Below, in pieces: positions 1 to 10,589 of a stretch of DNA of 64,000 nucleotides. This DNA is from Bacteroidales bacterium (GTDB lineage: Bacteria > Bacteroidota > Bacteroidia > Bacteroidales > UBA12077). Under the pieces are notes generated by a model, which worked only from the letters and a program-made list of their open reading frames with translations, did no database searches and had not been told where the DNA came from. Location of the stretch: contig JANQHR010000034.1 in assembly GCA_028282585.1 (NCBI GenBank), positions 1 to 64,000 on the forward strand, in the 5' to 3' direction. Each line of letters opens with the position of its first letter. Positions within the stretch are counted from its first letter, which is position 1. The position numbers were made by a program, and so were the translations under genes.

Positions 1-456
1 TCCGCAATACCGGTGCCTGAAATGAAAAACATTAAAGTTGCTGGCCTTTTTCAACAAATTGAAACACTGTTTAAACCTGGTTTTTCAAAGTTGGGCATCA
101 TGTTTGACGCCCGTTCCGATGAAGAATTATCTTTAAATGCGGATGAAAAACTTATTAGCCAGGTTCTGATAAACCTCATCAAAAATGCAATGGATGCGGT
201 AAGTGAAACTCAAAACAAGAAAATTAGTTTAATAGGCAAGTTTGATAAAGAATCTACCATTATTTCAATCGAAGATAGCGGAATTGGCGTGCCAAAGGAG
301 AATATTGAAAAGATATTTATCCCTTTTTATACTACTAAAAAGGAAGGTTCTGGAATTGGTTTAAGCTTTGTCCGGCAGGTAATGTTTTTGCATAATGGGT
401 TTGTAACCATATCATCGGCAGAAAATAGCTTTACCAAAGTTGAGTTGTTGTTTTAA
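1..456 (+). CDS. Sensor histidine kinase, C-terminal HATPase domain (5'-truncated by window edge)
   Basis: N-box QVLINLIKNAMDA, G1 EDSGIG, F-box IFIPFYTTK, G2 GSGIGLS; frame is open to position 1. Confidence 0.9.
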   Translation, partial: SAIPVPEMKNIKVAGLFQQIETLFKPGFSKLGIMFDARSDEELSLNADEKLISQVLINLIKNAMDAVSETQNKKISLIGKFDKESTIISIEDSGIGVPKENIEKIFIPFYTTKKEGSGIGLSFVRQVMFLHNGFVTISSAENSFTKVELLF

Positions 457-558
457 ACTTGGTTTCTACAGTTAAACTTCCGTTAGAATGCAAAATCAGA
501 TGTTTGAAACAGGATATTCCCAATGATTAAATCAAAGATACTTTACCAGTGCTAAATA

Positions 559-588
559 GTAAAACCGGCTATTTTTCGCCGGTTTTAC
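559..588. terminator. Intrinsic terminator hairpin between convergent genes
   Basis: GTAAAACCGGC-loop-GCCGGTTTTAC perfect 11-bp stem. Confidence 0.75.
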
Positions 589-616
589 AATCAATAAAAG
601 AAGTACGTTCATTGTA

Positions 617-2410
617 TTACTTTGTAAACTTTATTGATTTTATAGCTTTGGTATCTCCTTCGGTTGTAACGTTATCAGCATCGCCGTAAACATAATAAAT
701 ACTGGTGCCATCTGCATGAACAGAAACTGGTTCGCTCCCATCTGTAAAATCACCCGAAATAGTGCTCCACGCACTGCCATCATACAGGCTTAGATTAGGG
801 TAAATAAGGGTTTCAGATTCATATTTTGTTGAAGAAATTATAACATTTCCATCACTATCAACAGTTATAGCATAAGGCGTATAAAACCAATCATCATTCT
901 CTGTGATTAACTCTTCAACAGTTGAAGTTGAGGCTACTTTGTAAACGCCTCCTTTATAACTACCAAAAGATGCAGTACTTGATATAAAATACAGGTCATT
1001 TGCACCTTTATCTATTTTAATTCCTGAAATGTAATCTGCATCCCATTCAAGGCTTGTATCCCAAGAGCTTCCGTTAAGATGTTTAATATTCAAGGTACTG
1101 TTATCGCCTGAATTTTGAATCAAATATGATACATATAATGTTTCTCCCAGATTATTTAACGTAACCTCAAATACACTTTCCCCGTTTGTTATAAAACCAT
1201 TGGCATCTCCACCAATGGTTTCCCACTGAGAGCCTGCCCATTTAAATATTTTTAAGTCCCAATCGGGGTATACTTTAGCAGCCAAATATAATTCATCGTT
1301 GAATACTTCTATATCCATTGCAGAGGGAGCTTCTGCAAATCCTAAGTTGTTGAAAGCCAAATTACCAGACCATGAAGAGGCATTGGATTCATAAATGTAT
1401 ATGGAGTCAAGGTCGAGTGCAGCCATGTATATTTTAGACGAGCCTGCGGCAATACCCATTCTGCCAATAGATGTAGAGTTGGTAATATCTTCAGGCAATG
1501 TTCCTCCGGTTTCTGACCAGGAACTGCCGCTAAATTGGTACACTGCCGGTTGCCCATAACCTGTTATGCCTACATCTTTAAGTATGCCTAAATAAATATT
1601 GCTTCCATTTTGTTTTATTTCGGTAAAAGTTATTGCTTCTCCCGATGTATAAACAGTTCCCAAATCCAACCTGTCATAACTAACAATATCCGGCCCACCG
1701 CCACCACTCCCTTCTTTAACCATATCTCCTGTTAATGCATACATGCTATTATACATGCTCCTATGTTGGTCGCTGATAGAATAAGTATAATTCGTTACTA
1801 TTTTGTAATAAAATACTTTGTCAACATCGTATCCATAAATATAGTGTTCGTATGACAAGTCGCTTGTTGAACCTATTTCGTAAAAATAATCGAGGTTTTC
1901 TTCATTTGCTGCATAAATATCATAACTAACATACACTATGTTTTGGATGTTGGTATAGTCATTCGGGTCATTCCAAACGATTAAATTTTCACTTTCTTCA
2001 TAATCGCGGGTTATACTAATAATTTCTGCTTCTTCCGGTTTAAATGAATATCCGGTTGTAATTTCGCTATATGGCCCAAATCCCGGGCCATTGGCATGAG
2101 TCCGGAACTTATACTGGTACTCTTCGCCTGGCACTAATACTCCGCCATCCAACAAATAACCTTCATCATCCCAGCTAGTAAATTCGGTCCAGCTTATATC
2201 CTGCCATTCCGCAGTTTGGTTGTTTAGACGGTATACTTCGTAAATCTCTGCTCCTGGAACAGCTTCATAAGCTAAATGGATAACTCCTAAATAATTACCA
2301 TTGGATGCAGTAAAAGTAGTGGGTTTTGGAAGAGACTCTTCTTCGCTACAGGAAAGAAAAAAAAGAAATATAGGAAGAAGCATTATAATACAAACTTTTA
2401 ATTTATACAT
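617..2410 (-). CDS. Surface lipoprotein, FN3-like N-terminal domains plus probable beta-propeller
   Basis: Lipobox FFLSC followed by acidic SEEE; FN3-like motifs (YEVYR, PGEEYQYK, YYKI); GSGGGG linker; repeated xxGSSW/GSQW/GSAW blades. Confidence 0.65.
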   Translation of the reverse strand: MYKLKVCIIMLLPIFLFFLSCSEEESLPKPTTFTASNGNYLGVIHLAYEAVPGAEIYEVYRLNNQTAEWQDISWTEFTSWDDEGYLLDGGVLVPGEEYQYKFRTHANGPGFGPYSEITTGYSFKPEEAEIISITRDYEESENLIVWNDPNDYTNIQNIVYVSYDIYAANEENLDYFYEIGSTSDLSYEHYIYGYDVDKVFYYKIVTNYTYSISDQHRSMYNSMYALTGDMVKEGSGGGGPDIVSYDRLDLGTVYTSGEAITFTEIKQNGSNIYLGILKDVGITGYGQPAVYQFSGSSWSETGGTLPEDITNSTSIGRMGIAAGSSKIYMAALDLDSIYIYESNASSWSGNLAFNNLGFAEAPSAMDIEVFNDELYLAAKVYPDWDLKIFKWAGSQWETIGGDANGFITNGESVFEVTLNNLGETLYVSYLIQNSGDNSTLNIKHLNGSSWDTSLEWDADYISGIKIDKGANDLYFISSTASFGSYKGGVYKVASTSTVEELITENDDWFYTPYAITVDSDGNVIISSTKYESETLIYPNLSLYDGSAWSTISGDFTDGSEPVSVHADGTSIYYVYGDADNVTTEGDTKAIKSIKFTK

Positions 2411-2684
2411 AACACTAACTTTTTGGGGGTTAATAATGCAAGTTACAAAAATTAATTGTTTAACAAAATTGTTTAGAGATTAATCAGGAATTTAAAAAAC
2501 TCCGGTAATTTGGCGCATTGATTCAAGTTTTAAATATAAATAAAGTTCTAAGGTTTAAAAACTTGAATCAGCAAAAGGTTTTCTTAAAGGCTTATTATAA
2601 ATTACCGAATTGATTTTTTAGCCTTCTTTAATTTTTTTCGCCTAAATTTATATCCTCAACTCCATTCTTAAAATAAAACATACT

Positions 2685-4814
2685 ATGAAATTAAATCTTA
2701 AAAAGCCCTTTGTTTTTCAAGGCATATTTCTGCTATTGTCGGCAGGAATAATAACCGGATTGTTATCATGCAACAACTCTGTGGTTAAAGATGAGACGCC
2801 AATTATCGGAAAATCGGATTTAAAACTTGAATCTGATATAATGACTCCTGAAGTCCTCTGGTCATTTGGACGTTTAGGTGATGTTCAGGTATCACCTGAC
2901 GGAAAAACTTTACTTTACGGAGTTTCGTATTACTCTAAAGAACTAAACAAAAGCAACAGAGAACTTTTTACTATACCTGTCGAAGGAGGCGAACCTATTC
3001 AGCTAACAAAAACGGCCGGAGGCGAATATGCCGCAATTTGGGCCGTTGATGGGCAAAAAATCTATTACCTGGCTGCAGCAGAAAAAGGATCAGGACTGCA
3101 GGTATGGTCAATGAATCCGGATGGAACCGGCAAGAAGCAGGTTTCAAATGAACCCGAAAGTATTACGAACATTAAGCTGGCTCCAGGAGGAGATAAAATC
3201 TTATTTACGCGCGATGTTAAAATTGATAAAAATGTACACGATATACATGCTGACTTACCATTAGCCGATGCAAAATTGTATGACGATATTATGTATCGCC
3301 ACTGGGATACATGGAAAGATGGTTATTACAGCCATATTTTTGTAGCAGACTTAATAAACGGGAATGTTGAAAATGCTATCGATATAATGGAAGGAGAACC
3401 TTTCGATTCGCCATTAATGCCGTTTGGAGGAATCGAAGAAATTAACTGGAGTCCGGATGGTAAAATAATTGCCTATACGTGCAAAAAGTTAAAAGGTAAA
3501 GAATATTCGTTAAGTACCAATTCGGATGTTTATTTATACAACCTTGAAACCGGCGAAACTAAAAATTTTACGGAAGGTAAGCCTGGCTACGATTGGCAAC
3601 CTTTATATTCACCCGATGGCACAAAATTAGCCTGGTTAAGTATGGAAAGGGCAGGATTCGAGGCCGATAAGCAAAGACTTTTCATTGAAGATTTAACAAC
3701 TGGCGAAAGAAAAAATTATTCGGAGAATTTTGACCACAGTCCTTTTGGTCTGCAATGGACTGATGATAGCAAATCGATATATTTTGTTGCAGGAGTTTTT
3801 GCTACTTACCAGATTCATAAACTGAATGTGGAAACAGGAGAGATCAAAGCTATTACAGAAGGGATGCACGATTACCATTCTGTTGCAATAGCAGGGGAAA
3901 AACTGATTGGCACAAAAGTTTCTATGGTGAAACCTCAGGAGATCTATGCTATAAACCCTGAATCGGGAGAGGAATCGGAATTAAGCTTTGAGAATAAGCA
4001 CATTCTTGACCAGCTTACTATGCCAACGGTTGAAAAGCGGTATGTAAAAACTACCGATGGCAAGGACATGTTAACCTGGGTTATAAAACCTCCACATTTT
4101 GATGAGAGTAAAAAATATCCCGGGATTTTGTACTGTGAGGGTGGGCCTCAATCGCCTTTAAGCCAGTTTTGGAGTTATCGTTGGAATTTTTCTATTATGG
4201 CTTCAAATGGTTATGTAATTGTAGCTCCAAACCGCCGCGGTGTATTAACAAACGGTCAGGAATGGACTGATCAGATTAGTAAAGATAACAGCGGGCAAGC
4301 AATGAAAGATTTACTCTCTTCTATTGATGAGGTTAAAAAAGAACCTTATGTTGATGAGGAAAGGCTGGGAGCTATAGGTGCAAGTTTTGGTGGATTCTCA
4401 GTATTTTGGTTAGCAGGCAACCATGATAAACGGTTTAAAACTTTTATTGCACATTGCGGAGTATTTCATTCCGAAATGCAGTTTATGACAACCGAAGAAT
4501 CATTTTTTGATATCTGGGAGAAAGGTGGTGCCCCATGGGAAAAAGATAATAAAATTGCTATGAAATCGTATGCAGGCTCCCCGCATCAATTTGTTCAAAA
4601 CTGGGATACACCGATTTTGGTAATACATGGCGGTAAAGATTATCGTGTTCCGTATTCACAGGGAATGGCTGCATTTAATTCTGCACGTATGGTAGGGGTA
4701 AAAGCAAGATTTTTGTATTTTCCGGAAGAAAATCACTGGGTGTTAAAACCACAAAATGGAATTTTATGGCAAAGAACCTTTTTTGATTGGCTCAATCAGC
4801 ATTTAAAAGAATAA
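2685..4814 (+). CDS. S9 family peptidase (dipeptidyl-peptidase 5-like) lipoprotein
   Basis: LLSC lipobox, PD40-like WSPDG repeats, GASFGG nucleophile, GKDYRV Asp, EENHW His. Confidence 0.92.
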   Translation: MKLNLKKPFVFQGIFLLLSAGIITGLLSCNNSVVKDETPIIGKSDLKLESDIMTPEVLWSFGRLGDVQVSPDGKTLLYGVSYYSKELNKSNRELFTIPVEGGEPIQLTKTAGGEYAAIWAVDGQKIYYLAAAEKGSGLQVWSMNPDGTGKKQVSNEPESITNIKLAPGGDKILFTRDVKIDKNVHDIHADLPLADAKLYDDIMYRHWDTWKDGYYSHIFVADLINGNVENAIDIMEGEPFDSPLMPFGGIEEINWSPDGKIIAYTCKKLKGKEYSLSTNSDVYLYNLETGETKNFTEGKPGYDWQPLYSPDGTKLAWLSMERAGFEADKQRLFIEDLTTGERKNYSENFDHSPFGLQWTDDSKSIYFVAGVFATYQIHKLNVETGEIKAITEGMHDYHSVAIAGEKLIGTKVSMVKPQEIYAINPESGEESELSFENKHILDQLTMPTVEKRYVKTTDGKDMLTWVIKPPHFDESKKYPGILYCEGGPQSPLSQFWSYRWNFSIMASNGYVIVAPNRRGVLTNGQEWTDQISKDNSGQAMKDLLSSIDEVKKEPYVDEERLGAIGASFGGFSVFWLAGNHDKRFKTFIAHCGVFHSEMQFMTTEESFFDIWEKGGAPWEKDNKIAMKSYAGSPHQFVQNWDTPILVIHGGKDYRVPYSQGMAAFNSARMVGVKARFLYFPEENHWVLKPQNGILWQRTFFDWLNQHLKE

Positions 4815-4823
4815 GTAAAGAAC

Positions 4824-4851
4824 AAAATCCCGGCGGTAAGGCCGGGATTTT
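4824..4851. terminator. Bidirectional intrinsic terminator
   Basis: AAAATCCCGGC-GGTAAG-GCCGGGATTTT between convergent stop codons. Confidence 0.85.
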
Positions 4852-4868
4852 TATATTAAAAAAAGAAG

Positions 4869-6758
4869 TTACTCTGCTGTTGCTGTACCTTTTAGGTATT
4901 TATCAAGGAACATCAGGATTTTTTCATATGCTTCGATTTGATTTTCTTTCTTTCTAAAGCCATGCCCTTCGTCTTCGAATAAAACATACTCTACAGGAAC
5001 ACCATTTGCCCTTGCAGCTTCTACGATTTCATCCGATTCTACTTTTAGTACCCTTGGGTCATTTGCTCCCTGAAGCACCATAAATGGTTTTGTAATTTTA
5101 TCTGCATGGAACAACGGAGATTTGTTGTACAGGAATGTTGAATCTTCAAATGGGTCTCCCATTTCGTCGTACAATGCATTTCTAAATGATTCCCACCAGC
5201 TTGGTATGCTTTTTAATGTTCTTAACCAGTTGGTTACACCAAAAATATTCACACCAACAGCAAATTCTTCAGGTGTAAAAGTAAGCGCTGCAGCCGTCAT
5301 GAAACCACCATAAGATCCACCCATAATGCCAATTTTTTCCATATCAACCATTCCGGTTTGTTCCAAATAAGTTTTAGCATATATACAATCTTTTAAATCG
5401 TGGTCGCCATGTTTTCTATCATCCAGGGAGAAGAATGTTTTTCCATATCCGGAGCTTCCCCTGTTGTTTACATCAATAATGGCATAACCATGGTTTACCA
5501 AATATTGAATATGAGCCCTGTAACCAATTCTTGCCTGACCTCCGGGCCCTCCATGAACATGAACCATGGCAGGCACTTTGTTCTTTTTCGAAGCTGTATG
5601 AGGCATGTATAAAACAGCGGGAATTTCCAGCCCGTCAAATGATTTGTAACGGACTACCTTACCATCAACAAGATGATCCGGATTAATTTCAGGGTTTAAT
5701 GTATTGGTGTATTGCTTATATTCTCCGGTTTCAAAACTGTAAACATATAAGTTGCTTGTTTGTCTTGAACTGGATGCATTGAAAGCCATTAAATTTTCTG
5801 ATCTGGATACAGATACAGACGTAATATTTAAACCTTCGAAATCCGGAAGGGCAACTTCTTCACCTGTCTTCATATCGTATACTTTGATCACGGTTTGTGA
5901 ATCCCAGTTGATCCCTACGATTCTGTAACTCTCATCATAGGTATGGTATGCATACATAATATCCCATTCGGTTTCGTATACTTTTTCCTTTTCACCGGTT
6001 TCCAGGTTCATTTTCATCAGGTAAGTAAATTCGCTGTTTTCATTAGTTAAATAATAAAGAAGTTTGCTATCTAAACTAAAATCAACGGGCCTGTATGTAG
6101 CTTCACCTTCATGTTCCGAAAGAAGCTTAACCTCTCCGGTTTCCCTGTTTAACAAATACATATTGTTGTTTGTAGTAGTAATGGTTTTGGTAAGCGTTAA
6201 CCATTTTTTATCATTTGATAGAAAACCAACATCATATCCTTCCGTGTTTTCATAGACCATTTCATAGTTTAAACCCTCCACTTTCATTTCGTACAGGTCA
6301 CTAAACCTTGGGTCTCTTTTGTTTGATTTGAAATAAAAGCTGGTTCTGTCATGGCTCCAACCTGAAAAATAAACACGGGCGCCTTCGAAAGGTACCAGAT
6401 CTTCAATGGTTCCATCCAATTTGCGCATATAAATATGGTAAATCTCATCTCCTTCGTTATCTGATGATAGAAGTATTCTACCAGATTCGTCAAGATAACC
6501 AATGGTATAAGTAGTTTTTTCCCTGTCTGTTAATTGAGTCTTTTCTCCGGTTTCAAGATTTAATTCATAGGCATTGTAAATGCCTGTTTCGTTACTTGCA
6601 AACAGAATTTTAGATTCATCGATGGAGAATGATTTTCCTGAGATGCTTACATTGTCCATGAATTGTTCAATGGTGTATTTTTCAACTTCAGGAGTCGTTT
6701 GGCATGAGTAAAGTATAAAACTTACTAATCCGATAAGCAATAAGGCGGTTTTTTTCAT
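4869..6758 (-). CDS. S9 family peptidase (acylaminoacyl/prolyl oligopeptidase-like) lipoprotein
   Basis: LYSC lipobox, VHGGPG, GGSYGG nucleophile, ANDPRV Asp, DEGHG His. Confidence 0.92.
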   Translation of the reverse strand: MKKTALLLIGLVSFILYSCQTTPEVEKYTIEQFMDNVSISGKSFSIDESKILFASNETGIYNAYELNLETGEKTQLTDREKTTYTIGYLDESGRILLSSDNEGDEIYHIYMRKLDGTIEDLVPFEGARVYFSGWSHDRTSFYFKSNKRDPRFSDLYEMKVEGLNYEMVYENTEGYDVGFLSNDKKWLTLTKTITTTNNNMYLLNRETGEVKLLSEHEGEATYRPVDFSLDSKLLYYLTNENSEFTYLMKMNLETGEKEKVYETEWDIMYAYHTYDESYRIVGINWDSQTVIKVYDMKTGEEVALPDFEGLNITSVSVSRSENLMAFNASSSRQTSNLYVYSFETGEYKQYTNTLNPEINPDHLVDGKVVRYKSFDGLEIPAVLYMPHTASKKNKVPAMVHVHGGPGGQARIGYRAHIQYLVNHGYAIIDVNNRGSSGYGKTFFSLDDRKHGDHDLKDCIYAKTYLEQTGMVDMEKIGIMGGSYGGFMTAAALTFTPEEFAVGVNIFGVTNWLRTLKSIPSWWESFRNALYDEMGDPFEDSTFLYNKSPLFHADKITKPFMVLQGANDPRVLKVESDEIVEAARANGVPVEYVLFEDEGHGFRKKENQIEAYEKILMFLDKYLKGTATAE

Positions 6759-7345
6759 GGTGTATTTAATTTTTAAGGTTAAAAATGGAGATATTAAATT
6801 GGCTGATTGTTAAATCGTTTATACCAAACAGTAAATGTAGGATTTTTTTTGGATTCGAAGGTTTTTGAGGGTATAAAATTCTGGTTATTTTTCTTATATG
6901 GTATATGAAAGGTCGGACTTTTAACATTTATTTTTATTAGAACATGCACTTATCAAGGCTCCCTAATGAGTAATAATCATATAACATGCATTTCTTGATA
7001 TTAGTTATATTATTTGTTAAATTAGCTATACAGAGAACTTACCTGAAAGAACTATTTTGAATACGGAAGGGAGCGTAATCGTATTGGAATGGTTCAGAAT
7101 TTTTATAATATATCAGCAGTAGGTTGGTTTAATAAACAGAGATTAAAATATTCTCCGGGTTATTTTACCCAATTTGCATTAGCACCCATTTTATTAAAGG
7201 CCTCTTTTATAGCCGGTCCGGCCATTAGTGAACTTTCAGCTTTGAATGTCCTGGGTCAATTTACTCAACTTTATTTAAAGTTTACAACAGCTTTCCAAAT
7301 AGCATTCAAAAATCAAATATTTTGAAATTATTAAAAAAACACGAT

Positions 7346-8989
7346 ATGAAAAATCAAACCTTAGAAGTAAACTTAGTCAAACAAGTACGAGAATGTAAAA
7401 CCTGCCAATGGTTTTGGGGAGGGGTACCGCCCTACGGAAATTTCCCTGTGTATGACTGGAACGAGGATTTTCCCGAAGAAGTAAGAAACCAGGTACAAAC
7501 AACAAAAGATGTAGTAAAACCTGCAATGAAAGGCAGAGCCTGTGGTCAGGGTCAGATAGATGCGGGAATTATGCATGGTTGTCGTAAAGCACCCATCATG
7601 ACAGTAGGTATAAATCCTAATATGACATCCTACTTTCCAAGTTCAACAGGGGCCAGGTGGAGTTATCCGAACTTTAGTAAAAATACACGGTACGCATACT
7701 ATTACAGGCATCATAATGTTTACCAGGAGAGTTTGGATATTGATTTTATTAAAAATAATGTGGTAGAAGGATCGGCAATTGTAGCGGAAAAAGATGGTTG
7801 GTTACTTGGTGCTGACAGGTGTTCGGATCATAGATGGTTATTGCTGACCATTCAATATGAAGACGAAGATGAACCGCAAAAAATAGAGGTGGCCTGGACC
7901 GATAATTTACGTTTTGTTGTTTTCGCCGATCGCAGTTACAAGGTTGAACCGGGTAAACCGGGATTTAAAAAAGGCGATATCATTGGTGGTAAAATTGATG
8001 GGCTCGAGAAAAATAACGTACAAATCTATGAAAATAGTACAGGCTATTATCAGCGCTATGTTTATGTTTTAGATATATTTAAAAAACTTGTGGGAGGAAC
8101 GTTGGAAAGTGCCCCTTTATCCATTGCTGAGGATGTGGCACAACATGATATGATTGCTTGCGCATCTCCTGGCTGGAGTTCCAAATACGATATTCCTACC
8201 GAAAAGATTACCGAGAATTGTGTTATGAATCATGGGTACCTGGTGTCGCAGCTTATACAAACCAAACCCAAGGTAATAGTGATTGTTGGCGGAAGCTCAC
8301 TGGAAATGTTTGCACGTGTTTTTGGCCCATTCATGAACGATCTGGATTATCAATACGAAGTAACGGATGGCAGCGGGGAATCAAAACTGATTATGAAGGA
8401 AACTTATCAGTTATTAAAGGAAACAACCGAACGGGAGAAGTTTCTTCATATTAATATGGGCGGTTTCGAACTAAAGTCACGCATTGTTGTTTCTCCTCAT
8501 TTTTCTTATTCAGCGAACTTTGTAGAGCAATCCCGTTTATCCTCTTCGGCATGGAAAGCATTTGAAGGCGATTTTTATGAAGATGCCCAAATTTTGGTAC
8601 AAGAAGGAAGAGTGAAAGAAAATAACTGGAACGATATTATACCGATACGAATTTATGGTAAGGATGATGACATAAAAGAAAAGCTGAGTGCTGCAGCCTG
8701 GAATGTTCTGATGGCCTATTATTATGATCCTTTACAGATGCTGGCTGAAGTTTTACAGCAAGAGTATAATGCAGGTCGTTTGCCGTTTGATGGCAATATT
8801 AACCATTTAAAACGCCCTGAAGGTTCGTGCCGGTTTTGTTTAAATGAGCTGTGGAAGTTTCCCGAAGGATGTGCTTATGGTAAAGAAAAAGAGGCAACTC
8901 CTGCAACAGGTGAGCTTGAGGAAATTGTTAGGCAGGTGATTGATACAGGGAAAAAGCAACAGATCAAAAGAATTAAGGAAGGAATATAA
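7346..8989 (+). CDS. Uracil-DNA glycosylase superfamily (UDG4-like) protein with large insertions and extra Cys motifs
   Basis: ATG at 7346 preferred to TTG at 7322; CKTC; GCRKAPIMTVGINPN (motif A-like); DMIACASP; NC...YLVSQLIQTKPKVIVIVG; SPHFS (motif B-like); C-terminal CRFC...GC. Confidence 0.6.
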   Translation: MKNQTLEVNLVKQVRECKTCQWFWGGVPPYGNFPVYDWNEDFPEEVRNQVQTTKDVVKPAMKGRACGQGQIDAGIMHGCRKAPIMTVGINPNMTSYFPSSTGARWSYPNFSKNTRYAYYYRHHNVYQESLDIDFIKNNVVEGSAIVAEKDGWLLGADRCSDHRWLLLTIQYEDEDEPQKIEVAWTDNLRFVVFADRSYKVEPGKPGFKKGDIIGGKIDGLEKNNVQIYENSTGYYQRYVYVLDIFKKLVGGTLESAPLSIAEDVAQHDMIACASPGWSSKYDIPTEKITENCVMNHGYLVSQLIQTKPKVIVIVGGSSLEMFARVFGPFMNDLDYQYEVTDGSGESKLIMKETYQLLKETTEREKFLHINMGGFELKSRIVVSPHFSYSANFVEQSRLSSSAWKAFEGDFYEDAQILVQEGRVKENNWNDIIPIRIYGKDDDIKEKLSAAAWNVLMAYYYDPLQMLAEVLQQEYNAGRLPFDGNINHLKRPEGSCRFCLNELWKFPEGCAYGKEKEATPATGELEEIVRQVIDTGKKQQIKRIKEGI

Positions 8990-9026
8990 CAAATATGAAG
9001 TAATAAGAAACATTTAAACCCAAATT

Positions 9027-10568
9027 ATGATGAAAAACAGAGCAAAGTATGTAAGTGCCAAGGTATTCAATACACTGGATGAAGGATTTCAATATCCTGA
9101 GAATCAACTGGAAGAACTGGAAAGTAAAAAGAATGTAGGTATTTGTTTCTCAGGTGGAGGAACAAGATCAGCTTCGTTAACCATGGGTCAACTGAGGGGA
9201 TTAGAACACATAGGAGTACTAGATAAGGTGAAATACCTTTCTGCGGTATCGGGCGGTAGTTGGGGAAGTGTACCCTTTTTATTTCTCGACGAAAGCATAA
9301 GCGATGAGCATTTCCTTGGAACATATGTGGCTCCGCATGACCTTACTGAAAACATGTTGTCATATGCTCCTAAATATAGCCTAAGCTATGCTATATCAAA
9401 CTCAAAACTTTTTGATGATCTTATCAAAAATATTTTTGCTAACGATGAGCGATATGCTAATATAATCGCGGAAATTTTTCTTCAGCCATTTAATATTGGT
9501 AATATGAGAAGGTTTTTTACATATAATAAAGATACTCGTAAAAAAATCCTTGAGAATAATATTCAACTCGAACCGGGAGATTTTTATTTGATGAACTCAA
9601 GAAATAACCGTCCATACCCGATTATTGGAGGTACATTGCTGCGGCCAAAATTTGGGAGATATCAATTTGAAATGAGTCCGTTATATGTTGGTATTAATGG
9701 TTTTTGGAAACAGGCCGGAGCAGGAGGATATGACATAGGAGGCGGATATATTGAACCACACGGTTTCGATAGTGATTCTCCGGATGCTTTTAATGAGGGA
9801 ACACAAATGGCGAAGGTAAGATTAGGGCGTCCAAGGCATATGTTTACCCTGGGCGATATGATCGGAACTTCTGGTGCTGCCCCAGCCGAGTACGCCATGA
9901 GATTGGGACTTGAGTGGATAGGATTTCCGGAATTCAAGTATTGGTCACCGGCTGAGGCTAAAGATACCAAATCAAAGGAAACAGATTTTGGTGATGGTGG
10001 AATACTCGAGAATTTGGGTATTATGCCAATGTTAAAGAGAGGTGTTGAAAAGCTTATCATATTTGTGAATTGTCAAACAGCATTAAGCAAAGATGATAAA
10101 GGTAATATATCTATAGCGAGCTCAATTCCGGCATTATTTCATCAAATAAAGAATCAAAATGGCGAAGGTAATTTCGACGAAAATATAATTTTTGCTTTCC
10201 AGGAAGATAAATACCAGAATTTAGTGGATGGACTGTTAACTAAAATTAGTAATGGTGAGTCGGCGATCTTTACCGACACATATAAAATTACCGATCAACC
10301 ACACTATAATCTAAAAGGAGGTAATAACGTAGAGATTATGTGGGTATATAATTCCAGGATAGATAACTGGGTACAAGAATTACCGATTGGAGTAAAGCAT
10401 AAGCTGGAGAATGGAGATTATGGCAAGCGATTCCCTTATTATAAGACTTTTATGGAGAATTTCCCAAATATAATTGATATGACTCCTGAGCAGGTGAACC
10501 TAATGGGGCACCAGGCAGCCTGGAGTATGGTTAATTCGGAAAATACGATAAAGAATTTTATAGGATAA
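9027..10568 (+). CDS. cPLA2/lysophospholipase-type patatin superfamily phospholipase
   Basis: Oxyanion loop GICFSGGGTRS, nucleophile SAVSGGSW, catalytic Asp in DFGDGGILENLG. Confidence 0.85.
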   Translation: MMKNRAKYVSAKVFNTLDEGFQYPENQLEELESKKNVGICFSGGGTRSASLTMGQLRGLEHIGVLDKVKYLSAVSGGSWGSVPFLFLDESISDEHFLGTYVAPHDLTENMLSYAPKYSLSYAISNSKLFDDLIKNIFANDERYANIIAEIFLQPFNIGNMRRFFTYNKDTRKKILENNIQLEPGDFYLMNSRNNRPYPIIGGTLLRPKFGRYQFEMSPLYVGINGFWKQAGAGGYDIGGGYIEPHGFDSDSPDAFNEGTQMAKVRLGRPRHMFTLGDMIGTSGAAPAEYAMRLGLEWIGFPEFKYWSPAEAKDTKSKETDFGDGGILENLGIMPMLKRGVEKLIIFVNCQTALSKDDKGNISIASSIPALFHQIKNQNGEGNFDENIIFAFQEDKYQNLVDGLLTKISNGESAIFTDTYKITDQPHYNLKGGNNVEIMWVYNSRIDNWVQELPIGVKHKLENGDYGKRFPYYKTFMENFPNIIDMTPEQVNLMGHQAAWSMVNSENTIKNFIG

Positions 10569-10589
10569 TTTAACTAATCTTGATTTAAT

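Noticed and set aside
7089-7325. 78-aa ORF as first gene of the operon
   Set aside because: No recognisable motif; cannot be supported, though a leader peptide is not excluded
9027-10568. CBASS system
   Set aside because: A phospholipase is present but no CD-NTase or Cap2/Cap3 motifs were seen in neighbouring ORFs
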